Source of the DNA: Cyanidioschyzon merolae
Lineage: Eukaryota
Length of the DNA: 64,000 bases
Reading direction: 5' to 3' (one strand)
NCBI GenBank assembly: GCA_000091205.1
Contig: AP006501.2
Shown here in pieces: positions 50,253 through 59,880 of the stretch. Each line of letters opens with the position of its first letter. The stretch's first letter is position 1. Position numbers and translations under genes: made by a program. The notes beneath the pieces are model-generated. The model was not told where the DNA came from. It saw only the letters and a program-made list of their open reading frames with translations, and did not search any database.

Positions 50253-51362
50253 TCACGCGGTAGGTTCACCATTTGGCCCCGGGCCCTGAGTTCCCCCGTC
50301 TGACCAAGGACGAATTGCTTCCTGAGTGTTGTCTTCGTTGGTTCCTGGCTCATTCGCTTCTTCCTCTTGCCACAAGTATACGGATCCTTCCAGCGCAGGC
50401 ACCGTTTGCAGAGCCATCTGTGCACGAAGGTACGCCATGAACCATTCAACACCGCTGCGGAGACGCTCCAGATGAAGAGCCGGCTGGCGCCCGCGTAGAG
50501 GCTGGAGCGTCCCTAGTCCCAGGATCGACTCGACGAGCGGGCGCAAGCGCAGGCGCGTGTGTTGGATGTTATCCAACGCGTGCTGCTCAACCCACCCGTC
50601 CAAGTTTAAATAGTACATCGAATATCCCTCAAGCTGGCGGATTCTCGTTTCCTCCTCCCAGGAGGTGCTCTCCTGCCACCCGGGGGCGTCCTGCTCGGGT
50701 CGGAGCCGGAAAGCGCCCAAACCCAGAAGAGGGACCCAGCGCCGTAAACGCCCACGCATGATCCATCGAATGTAAACGGTTCCCTCGCGCTCGTCATGGA
50801 AGAGTGATGTAATTTCAATGGAGCGCTCCGAAAATAGAAGCTTCCCGTGTAAACGAAGCACCCAGAAAACGGCTTTGTATGCACCGAGTCCTTGCAGGAC
50901 GTTTCCTGAAGTGCGGTCCACCAGCGTGATTGTCGGCGAGTATACTTCAAAGTTTGGATCTCGTTCAAAAAGGTGGGGATAGTCCGAACGTAAGGTCTCT
51001 ATTACAGTGCCAGCGTTCGCTGCGTAGTCTGGGGAGCGCTTGTTCCGCTGGTCCCTCTGGGTGTCACGATCCTCTGACAGCCCCGGAAACGGGAACCACT
51101 TGCTGCACACAAGACTCCGTGTCCCCTTCGGTTGCCGCTTTCCATTTACCGAAAAACGGGGTCTGTTTGTCGGTCGCTGACGGCTGCCTTGGTCGTTCAC
51201 CGAGTGTCCCAGCCAGTCGGAGACGCCCGCGCAGGTGACGTCGCGACGCACCCATCGAACGCTCGGCGACAGAGAAGTTTTTCCTGTGGCTGCTCCTCGT
51301 TCCAGGCCCCACCACGCAGGATATGCGCAAAAATTCAGACCTCTGTAGTCCAAAGGATTCAT
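50253..51362 (-). CDS. DUF2358-domain protein (family typical of cyanobacteria/plastid-bearing eukaryotes), with N-terminal extension
   Basis: 'IETLRSDYPHLFERDPNFEVYSPTITLVDRTSGNVLQGLGAYKAVFWVLRLHGKLLFSERSIEITSLFHDEREGTVYIRWIMRGRLR...GYSMYYLNLDGWVEQHALDNI' fits the DUF2358 pattern (DYP.LF...P...iY...i.F.DP......G...Y.......R......f....f.i..i.......i..RW...G..R.....G.S...ln..G.i..H.D.WD). The ORF-track start at 51383 is GTG; the first ATG is at 51360-51362. Confidence 0.55.
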   Translation of the reverse strand: MNPLDYRGLNFCAYPAWWGLERGAATGKTSLSPSVRWVRRDVTCAGVSDWLGHSVNDQGSRQRPTNRPRFSVNGKRQPKGTRSLVCSKWFPFPGLSEDRDTQRDQRNKRSPDYAANAGTVIETLRSDYPHLFERDPNFEVYSPTITLVDRTSGNVLQGLGAYKAVFWVLRLHGKLLFSERSIEITSLFHDEREGTVYIRWIMRGRLRRWVPLLGLGAFRLRPEQDAPGWQESTSWEEETRIRQLEGYSMYYLNLDGWVEQHALDNIQHTRLRLRPLVESILGLGTLQPLRGRQPALHLERLRSGVEWFMAYLRAQMALQTVPALEGSVYLWQEEEANEPGTNEDNTQEAIRPWSDGGTQGPGPNGEPTA

Positions 51363-54300
51363 ATTGGTGTTCGAAACGAGCACACAGCGCAGTCACTCTT
51401 TTCCGGGTGGCACTCGTGCGCAATCCCAACAGTAGTCTAATTGCGCGAGTGCTCTCCTGCTGCGAAACACGTAGAGGTTCACAAAGAGCGTGCAGGAATC
51501 AGGTGAATCTGGCAGCAAAGTGTCAAATTATTCCATGGTTATACATTAAAGTCCAGAACGTTTTGCGGCATGGTGTAGAGGCGGCGCAGTGGCATCTATC
51601 TGCGTAACGGCACCTAATTGAATATCTAGGGCTCAAACTATATTAAATGGACAGTATGGGTACACATGTGGCGAGACGCTCGTAGACGGCATCCGAGCAA
51701 TGGAACGAGCTCAGGACGCTGACTCCTCGCTAGACACGAAAAATTTAGGTCGCTTTCCCCTGTGATCAATACCAGCCTATGCTGGTCTTTTCTGCGGCTG
51801 CATCCTTTGCTACGCTCTTACATCCGGTTTTCAATACCCTGGGTGGTACGTTCCCTTCAGACAGTTGTGAGCAGATGAAGGATGATCACGGCAGTGTCGT
51901 AGTCCCGAAATCGCTGCTCTTCGCTGTTGTCGTCGAATGTCATGTACACGTGCAAGTTGCGATCTGCACTGTGCTTGCCATATTCGTCTCCTTTGGACAC
52001 AGCCTCGGTGCGCTGTTCGATGCGGTGACACGCGATTTTGGCCAAATGGTCTAATACGTTCGCAACGCAAACGTCCTCCTTTGAATGCCACTCTGTTTCA
52101 CGTGCACGCTTGCTGCATCGCTTGGTACATGCCTCTGGTGGATACAGGAGGCCGCTCTCGAAACCGTTCTCGGTTTCCACGCCCGGCGCCGCACGCTACC
52201 GTCACGAGCTTCTTCTGCGCAATCCAATCGAAGGGTACGCTGGCTGCCGCACACCCAAGCGCACGCTGTCCCGTTCGATAACGCACGATCCGCTTGCCTC
52301 AACGGCCCTGATGACGCTCTAGATAGCGCTAAACCATTGAGAACAGACTGGATTTTGTAGGATTATCTGTATTCTTTTGTCTGCGGTTTTCCTAATAGAT
52401 GAAAATCAATGGAACGTCCACTGTCCGTGATGAAACATGCACCAGTGCGATCATCCAGGATGGAGAGCAAGTCGACACACTTCGATTCGTCTACGCTCCA
52501 TTCTTGGAAAGCAGTGACGTACTCTCCACTGGAAGCGATTGATGCGAAGGCTGATATCCGAGTCCAAGACGCTTTCCGCTGCAAACAGGCAGCACGAGCG
52601 CCTTAGAGACCGAATCCCACGAAAGGCGGCATCCTGTTTTGGATTGCTATTTTGGCGATGGACACAGCGAAAGGTTTTTTTATGTTTCAGTCGGAATCGA
52701 TGATTTGACGTGACCGATTCAGTGAACTTTCCGCGTGCGCTGTTGCACAAGTCTTCGAGAGACAAAGCAGCGTTTCTTGTTTTGTCGTCAGTCCAGCGAT
52801 GCGAAATGCTGCGCCCGCGAATTTCCATGAAACAGAAAGATCGATAACTTGAAGAATGCGTGCAGTGAGCATGCTACTCGTAAAAAGAGGAGAAGCGTGG
52901 AGGCTTCTACGAACACATTTGATAATGCTATCGATTATTTTATGAATAGTCTCTCGGGGCCGCGCAGTTCCGCTGGAGGTGAGAGAAGACAACTCATATT
53001 TCTCTACCTGTTCTACAGTGCAAATCTCCAAACGATGCCAATTTCATCACAGACAATATAGCGTTCCACAACTCCTATATGGAAAGGGATTGCGTGTGCA
53101 TGCGCGGGCACCGGACGGAAGAACTGCCGCAGGAATCGCCTAGAAGAAGCCTGTGAACGTCGGGTCCGGCCCCGGGTGCGGCAATGGTGCAGGGCATCAA
53201 GAGTAGGATCCTATATCTGTCTAGGGCATATGTAGACGAACGAAGAGAGTGTACACATGCAACAGGCCAGTCTAAGTCGGAGGATAAGGTGTCATGGAAG
53301 CATGGGAATACCCGATTAGAGCCAATTGTCACCGCTATGAAGGGCGCACCCAGGCTGTATACAAAGAAGATGAAAATGGTAAGCAAAGCGTAGCTCGTAA
53401 CTTTTCTATCTTCATGAAATGCTTGCTAAGCAGCCGGACGCAGCGATCCCGGACTTGAACACAAGGCAATCAACGTGCTTCAACTGCTGGCATGGGCACT
53501 GGAGGGACTGAAGAAATCACCACGTTTGAAGCAGGATACAACGGCCAGGGAAAAGCAGTCGCATAGGCAGGCGTTGATGCCAGTGTGAGGGGATACAAGC
53601 TTTGGCGTACGGGCATCAGCCTGGAGACCCGCCCCATTCTATGCCACCACTGGTGCCGACAGCACATGCGTCACTGCGAAGCGCCCGATCATTTCCCTGT
53701 GAAGCAAATCGAAAGCATCTAACCAAGTAGACATGTTCCCGAAAGCATCAGAAGATCATATGTTGGATTCGCGAGTTCCATCGTCTGTGCATAGACGAAT
53801 GCAGCGACAGCGACATCGCCCAAAAGCCTCCTATCCAACGCTACCGGATATGAGGACTCGTACCATGCGCGGCAACAGCAGCACTGTCCTACAAACGGTT
53901 TCCCATGGTATGAACCAAATCCAACGAGACCCCTCCTGCACGTGTCCGTGAGAACAAGCTTGTCTCGCCAGGGAACCGTGGTCCGTACGAGGCATTCCTT
54001 GACAGAGGTCTGGGACGATTGCGTGCGTGCTGGTCCAAGTGCTGCCGACACCGCCGCTTTTCTGTGTCCATATTTGACATGGTTCGGGCGAGTGGGTCAC
54101 GGGTTGGAGTCGGCTGCGCTCCTCACAAAACGGCCTCAGACCACGTACTGGTTACACCGTGTGCAGACGTTCAGCTCCCGATGAACGCTGCAGGCAGGCC
54201 ACCAGCAGCGCTTTCTGGGGTGTGTAGCCCTGCTCGAGCGAAAACACGTCACCTCCCGGGAAGGCCGCTAATCTTTCGCGCAAGCACTCCGTACCTCAGC

Positions 54301-54476
54301 GCACTACCAGGGGTCTTTTTTTGACGTCAAGTATACCGCCCAGTCCAGCGCCTTCAACCCGACGGCGAGCGTACCCTGGCGATATTGCGAAAGCCTCGTC
54401 CTACCGTTGCACTCGAGACCTGGAGCGGTTGAGTTGCGTCCCAGCCAAAGTTCTCTCCGTACGACGTCTCAGCACG

Positions 54477-57400
54477 ATGCTGCCACTGAAAGCAGCAGTC
54501 AATCAAACAGCAAGTCCAGGTCCGATGCGACACCTGTGCTATCCGCAACAGCAACGTACTCGGCACATCCCAACAATGTCGACACGTACTCTGAGCACTA
54601 GCACGCTCAACTTTACCATATACAATAGATCTCGCTCGTACACAAGTCCTAGTGATGCGTCCCAGAGTGAAACGCCCTTCACACGAGCGTCAGCAGCAAC
54701 GCGGACTCGCCTTCTGCGGTGCCTGCGCTCGGCGGCGAAGGGGTACCCTCAACTCAACGCCTGGTGGCATCTTCCGTTTCCATACGCATTCAAAGCGAGT
54801 GTTCTTGTCTACAAGCGTACTCGCTTGGACGTTGTTCTTTTGCTTTGGAAGCTGCGTCTCTACAAAGCACTTTGTGAGCACCAGGGGCGCAAGATCTGCA
54901 CTCGGTACCGACTCATGGACGACCAAGACAACGTCCCGCGGAAGGCACGGCGAACTGCGGCAGCGAGTGCTGACGACCGAGCCCAACCCAGCGGGAGCGT
55001 TGCAATCACAGATACGGACAACACCGGAAACACTACACCCAGCGCTCAAAGCGTAGATCTCTCAGAGAATCTCATGGACTCGATTCCTCGGCGAGAGAAA
55101 CAGCATATGGAAAAGCAGTCTGCTCCGGGTACCGCGGGTGCAGAAACGCTCGACTACGAGGTGCCGTTGGATAGCCCGTCGCTGCGCTGGCCAGAGAAGA
55201 CGCTCTCCAGCACACGAGCTCAAGAGCTAGAACGAACACTGGCGGCGGAGCCCTGGAACGCAGACGCCTGGATAGCGCTGGTAGAGGAGGCCCAGCGTCA
55301 CCCGCTGACGGAGGCCAAGGCGGTCTACGAACGCGCACTTCACCGGTTCCCGACAGGTGCACGCCTCTGGAAACTCTACCTTGAGCACCTCATTCGGGAA
55401 CAAGCCTTTCCTGAAGCCGAGAAGCGATTCGCTTACGCGCTTCCTCGCTGTTACAGTGTTGAGTTGTGCCAGCTCTATCTGCACTATCTGCGCACCGTAA
55501 AAAAGGCGCCTATCAGCGTTCTCATCGACGCGTTCGAGTATGTGACTGCGCTTTTGCCATACGAACCAGCAAGCGCAAGTCTCTGGAACGACTACATCGC
55601 GCTGCTAATGGCGGTGCCCATACGCAACGCTCATGATGGTGCACAGAGAAACCGCTTGTTGCGAAGCGTGTTGCAGCGAGCTGTGACCCTTCCGTTGCAC
55701 AACCTGGATGCGTTCTGGCGACAATTCGAGCAGTTTGAATCAAGTCAGGGAAAAAGCGGCTCCAGTCATGCATCCGTGGCGACACAACCTTTCCATGGGG
55801 CCTTTCTTCGGGCCCGAGCTGAGGCCCGTGGCCGACGAGCTCGCCGCGAGCACCTCCAGCTCCAGGCGCTGGCGGTTCCTCCGCGACGCGGAGCCGGCAT
55901 CATGGAACAAGCAAAGCGCTGGGCAAAGTACATCCGGGGCGAAGAGGCGAATCCGCACGAGCTCTCCGCTGCTGAACTAGAAGCGCGACTTCGATTCGCC
56001 CATGAGCAGCGGCTTGTCTACATGTATCGCATGCCGGACGCCTGGTTGGAGTATGCGCTCTATCTCGCACATCGCGATGACGGCAACCTGGTGCGCAGCT
56101 ACCCAGAGGCTATTGCGGTGCTGGAGCGAGCAGAACGTGCGCTTCCCGATTGCCTCCTAGTCTATTTCACCCTTGCCCGCCTTTACGAGGAGCTGGATGT
56201 TGAAATTGCTCGTATCGCCGGACAGCAGAAACGCAAGCGCGAGTATTTGCAGGAGGAAATAGAGAGACTCGGGGGATCTCGTCTCTCGAATGATGACGAA
56301 GCTGTGGGCGCTCCCGACGAGCGACCCAGTGACGCTGACCCCGACCAGAGCAACGGTGACGACACCGGCAGCGGCAGCCGCGAGTCGCACATAGCTTCCG
56401 CTCGGCAGTCTGGGTCGCCAAAGCATGGAAGCGGCGCCTCATTGGCGCCCAGCACCGATACAAAAACAGCAGCGACAGAGGCTCAGTCGGAAAGAGACGC
56501 ACCAGCAGCGTCCAAGTCTAGCGGTGCACCAGCGAGCACTGAAGCTGCCGCTACCGGCACCAAGGCGGATACGCACAGTGAAGGCATCGGCAGTCGAGCA
56601 ACCGCCGTCTACGAACGATTGCTTGCACGTGAAAATCTGGATGCAGTCCAACGCACTCATGCCTACATAGAGTACATGTGGTTTAGTCGACGTGTTCTCG
56701 GGGTGTCGGCTGCTCGGTCTATCTTCCGACGGGCGCGCCACGACCCTCGCTGTGCAGATATCGACGCGCTGCCCAACCTCTACCTCGCAGCAGCGACTCT
56801 AGAGACGTATTGCAATCACGAGTCGGGTGTTGCCAAACGTATTTTTGAGCTTGGACTGCGTCACTTGCCGGATTCGACGGAGATGGCGCTGTGCTATTTC
56901 GATTACCTGTGGCAGCGAAACGATGGCAATGAACTGCGCATGTTGATTGGGCGGCTCCTGCAGACAACGCTCCCAGACGATGCCAAGCTGCTGCTCTGTG
57001 ATCGCTGGTTGTCCTTTGAGGCACGCTACGGGAGCGGTGGACTGCAAGGTCTGCGCCTCGCTGAAGCCGAGCGAAAACGCCTGTTCAGCGAGCGGCAACC
57101 GTCGCGCCTCAATGACCTCCTGTTCTATACCTCGTTCCTGCAAAATGTTCCATTGAATGACGACGAACGGGCCCTCATCGAGCAAAACACCAGTGATTCC
57201 AAGTCGGGTTCGCTGGCGGAAGCGCCTCAACGGGACGCAGGTTTCGTCCCCGGCGGCATCATTCCATCCAGTGCGCTGCTCTACGCGCTCGGTTCGAATA
57301 GGCCACAGGCATCGTCCGCGCGTCGACCAGATGACGCAGTTATCGAAGCAGGGCAACCTGTACGCAAGGGAGCCGCTCGTGCCGAGCGAAAAGCACCATC

Positions 57401-57851
57401 GCCGGCTGTGGAGAACATCCCGGAGAAGCTGACGCTCGAGGAGGGTCTCGCACGCCTCGTGGGAGCACTGCCACCAGCGCTATTGCAGAGCGCCCCACCG
57501 AACCCCGACTTTGTAATCAGACATTTATTGCGGTTACCAGCGAGCTTTCAAGATCTTGCAGTCTTCAACGGCGGTCGCGAGCTCGACTCGAATGCCGCTG
57601 GACGTCGTCCAGGGCGGGACAAGGAGCGTCCAAGTCGCTCCAGTGGCGACACCTATCCGAGTCGCACTGCTGATGCGAGTCCTGTGCCATTCGCTGAAAG
57701 TCGCCTGTTTCAGCGGTTGCAGCGTGCTCGACAACAAACAAGTCGTGCTCCTCGACCGGACGCTTACGGCTCCGGGACAGACGCAGCGCCTGCTTCGATG
57801 CAAGCACCACCACCGACCCGCGATATCTATCGCAGTCGTCACCGGGGCTGA
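54477..57851 (+). CDS. CSTF3: Cleavage stimulation factor 77 kDa subunit (CstF-77/Rna14) homologue, HAT-repeat mRNA 3'-end processing factor, with long N/C extensions
   Basis: HAT repeats: 'EPWNADAWIALVEEAQRHPLTEAKAVYERALHRFPTGARLWKLYLEHLIREQAFPEAEKRFAYALPRCYSVELCQLYLHYLRTVKK', then 'LWNDYIALL', 'DAFWRQFEQFE', 'RWAKYIRGEE', 'YMYRMPDAWLEYALYL'. This tracks the CstF-77 N-terminal HAT array. The ORF-track start at 54321 is TTG; the first ATG is at 54477, so the true start is uncertain. Confidence 0.78.
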   Translation: MLPLKAAVNQTASPGPMRHLCYPQQQRTRHIPTMSTRTLSTSTLNFTIYNRSRSYTSPSDASQSETPFTRASAATRTRLLRCLRSAAKGYPQLNAWWHLPFPYAFKASVLVYKRTRLDVVLLLWKLRLYKALCEHQGRKICTRYRLMDDQDNVPRKARRTAAASADDRAQPSGSVAITDTDNTGNTTPSAQSVDLSENLMDSIPRREKQHMEKQSAPGTAGAETLDYEVPLDSPSLRWPEKTLSSTRAQELERTLAAEPWNADAWIALVEEAQRHPLTEAKAVYERALHRFPTGARLWKLYLEHLIREQAFPEAEKRFAYALPRCYSVELCQLYLHYLRTVKKAPISVLIDAFEYVTALLPYEPASASLWNDYIALLMAVPIRNAHDGAQRNRLLRSVLQRAVTLPLHNLDAFWRQFEQFESSQGKSGSSHASVATQPFHGAFLRARAEARGRRARREHLQLQALAVPPRRGAGIMEQAKRWAKYIRGEEANPHELSAAELEARLRFAHEQRLVYMYRMPDAWLEYALYLAHRDDGNLVRSYPEAIAVLERAERALPDCLLVYFTLARLYEELDVEIARIAGQQKRKREYLQEEIERLGGSRLSNDDEAVGAPDERPSDADPDQSNGDDTGSGSRESHIASARQSGSPKHGSGASLAPSTDTKTAATEAQSERDAPAASKSSGAPASTEAAATGTKADTHSEGIGSRATAVYERLLARENLDAVQRTHAYIEYMWFSRRVLGVSAARSIFRRARHDPRCADIDALPNLYLAAATLETYCNHESGVAKRIFELGLRHLPDSTEMALCYFDYLWQRNDGNELRMLIGRLLQTTLPDDAKLLLCDRWLSFEARYGSGGLQGLRLAEAERKRLFSERQPSRLNDLLFYTSFLQNVPLNDDERALIEQNTSDSKSGSLAEAPQRDAGFVPGGIIPSSALLYALGSNRPQASSARRPDDAVIEAGQPVRKGAARAERKAPSPAVENIPEKLTLEEGLARLVGALPPALLQSAPPNPDFVIRHLLRLPASFQDLAVFNGGRELDSNAAGRRPGRDKERPSRSSGDTYPSRTADASPVPFAESRLFQRLQRARQQTSRAPRPDAYGSGTDAAPASMQAPPPTRDIYRSRHRG

Positions 57852-59007
57852 TGTCGTGCTTCGACCAGGGACCCGCTATGCTTGCTATCTTGTTGCTGGG
57901 GACATTTTACTGGGGCGCACACACACGCCCACACACAAACATATAGGTTCACCAAAGGACCCTGGGTGCCGGAAGCTGTGCGCCAACAAGCTGGTCACAG
58001 CACCAACAACATCAATATCAAAAATAGCTGCTGCTTTTGCTCGTTCCATTGACACGTTCGACAAAAGCGCGAGCAAGGTCCGCAGCATGTCGCCCGTAGC
58101 AACGAGAACACCCGAGAAAAGCCGTACGACGCACGGTGTTGCAGAGCGGCACGAAAACTGGTAAACGAGCCAACCGAAAGGCAGCGCTCTCTGACTCGAG
58201 CGTTGAACACGTAGACCTCTGCTCGGTTTCAGATGGCAGTAGTCGAACTCGTCAGAGACTCTGATCTCTTCTGAGTTTCCAGCTGCGACCTCAGTCGACG
58301 CGCCAGCCTCACATAGGGCTCGGTGGGGCTCGCACGCTGCTCCAAGCACTGCGCTTGGCACTGGAGCGCACCGGTCACTTCTGGTGTGCAGACGGCGTTA
58401 CCAGCCGGTGTCCGCCAAAGTTACAGACTGACCCTCTGAACCAGTCTCGTTTGATGGATGAGCACTCTAGATGTCAACAAACCTACGAGTTGCATACGAT
58501 CGTGCAGCACGGGAACGCCAACACTCACTGAACGCACCTCCGTCACTTGTTGCGAGCAGCAGTGCCGAGTGTACTCCAGATTCTTAACCTCATCAAAGTG
58601 CACAAGACCTTTCACCCAATCTAAACCAGTGTCTCTGTTATGGGACTCAAACACCGTTCAGGTCGCTAGCAGCGTGTCCTTGGACAGCGTCCCGCAGCAC
58701 CTCCTTCTTCCAACCCTGGACGGGCGTTATGGCTTGCTGCCCAACGCTAGCCGATACACGACTGACCAGAAGCAGCGCACCTGTTGTTGCACCGCTGGCT
58801 TTGGCTAGTGAGCGCAGATCCCAGGTCAGGAGGTTTGTGCGAGCTTCATCTAGATAGCTGGTGACGTGTACGTGACCTGTCCTAGTCGCAAGTTCCCGCC
58901 GTTTTGGAGCAGAGGTTCCAGTCGCTGTGTGCAGGCGTCCAGGACGTCGACCTGCAGTGCAGGCGCCAGGAGCAGCGAGCGCTCCAAAAGAACTACGGGA
59001 AGCGTTG

Positions 59008-59880
59008 ATGGAGCTTGCATCACCAACGTACTTGCCGGAAGAAGACACCAGGAATGAGGATGATGACCTTGATGGTGACGAAGGAACAACCCTTGAACGG
59101 GGCGTCGATTTACCGGCACCGCCACTTCCTCGTGCGACGTACTGGCTTCGTGGCTCTTGGCGATCGGTGCTGGGAGATGCGCCCTTCGGGGACGCGTGGC
59201 TTGCTGAGTGGAGTGCCTGGGCCGCAGCTCCCACAGCAGCGACACCGGCTCCACCGGGAACTTCAGCAGCACTGCCAGCGCAACCGCCCTCGACAGAGGA
59301 AAAGCCGCCTGCCGCTGGAGCATCGGCGTCGGCATTGGCAGCAGCAGCAGCAGCAGCAGTGGACGCTACCAGCCCGGAACGACTGGTCCAAGAGGCACGT
59401 TCGCTGTTGCGAGCGTGGTTTCAAGAGTATCGACACGGCCTTGAGCTTTTAGAAGAGACGCGTACTCCATCACCGGACGCTCGCCAGGCGCTGCACCAGA
59501 CATGGACTTTATGCGACGGCATGCTTCGGGCTCTCGTGCAGCGCTTGAACGCGCTTCGTGCCTGGCAGGCAGCGCTCCAGCTCGTATACCTGTCCATGGA
59601 TCAAGTCGAGGCTATGCGTCACCAAGTGGAAAAGATTCGATACGAGCGTGCGCAAAGAGCTGCATCCACATGCGCCGGGGACCAGCAAGTCTCCATAGCA
59701 GCCGCCGCTGACGAAGCACAGACAACGTGCGCAAACGTCTGCCAGCAGCAAGCCGTGCTCCATGAGCAAGCACCAGTGGCGAAAAACGCGGCAACAGAGG
59801 CGTTGCTCGCAACCGCCGAGTTGCGAATGATCGAGAAGCTGCAAGAGATTGCTCGTCAGTTTCCAGATGTAACCGAATGA
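59008..59880 (+). CDS. Hypothetical Ala/Pro-rich protein (questionable)
   Basis: 290-aa ORF from the first ATG (the ORF-track start is GTG). Its 3' end overlaps the condensin CDS by 25 bp on the opposite strand. No homology recognised. Confidence 0.2.
   Translation: MELASPTYLPEEDTRNEDDDLDGDEGTTLERGVDLPAPPLPRATYWLRGSWRSVLGDAPFGDAWLAEWSAWAAAPTAATPAPPGTSAALPAQPPSTEEKPPAAGASASALAAAAAAAVDATSPERLVQEARSLLRAWFQEYRHGLELLEETRTPSPDARQALHQTWTLCDGMLRALVQRLNALRAWQAALQLVYLSMDQVEAMRHQVEKIRYERAQRAASTCAGDQQVSIAAAADEAQTTCANVCQQQAVLHEQAPVAKNAATEALLATAELRMIEKLQEIARQFPDVTE

Noticed and set aside
51857-52180. 107-aa minus-strand ORF ending '...YMTFDDNSEEQRFRDYDTAVIILHLLTTV', considered as a small conserved protein (LC8, Sm or GFRP-like) in the 3-kb gene-free interval 51400-54300
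   Set aside because: No convincing motif match to any of those families could be made, and no other homology was recognised. The interval is left unannotated, flagged only as a place where a small or fast-evolving gene or ncRNA might reside.
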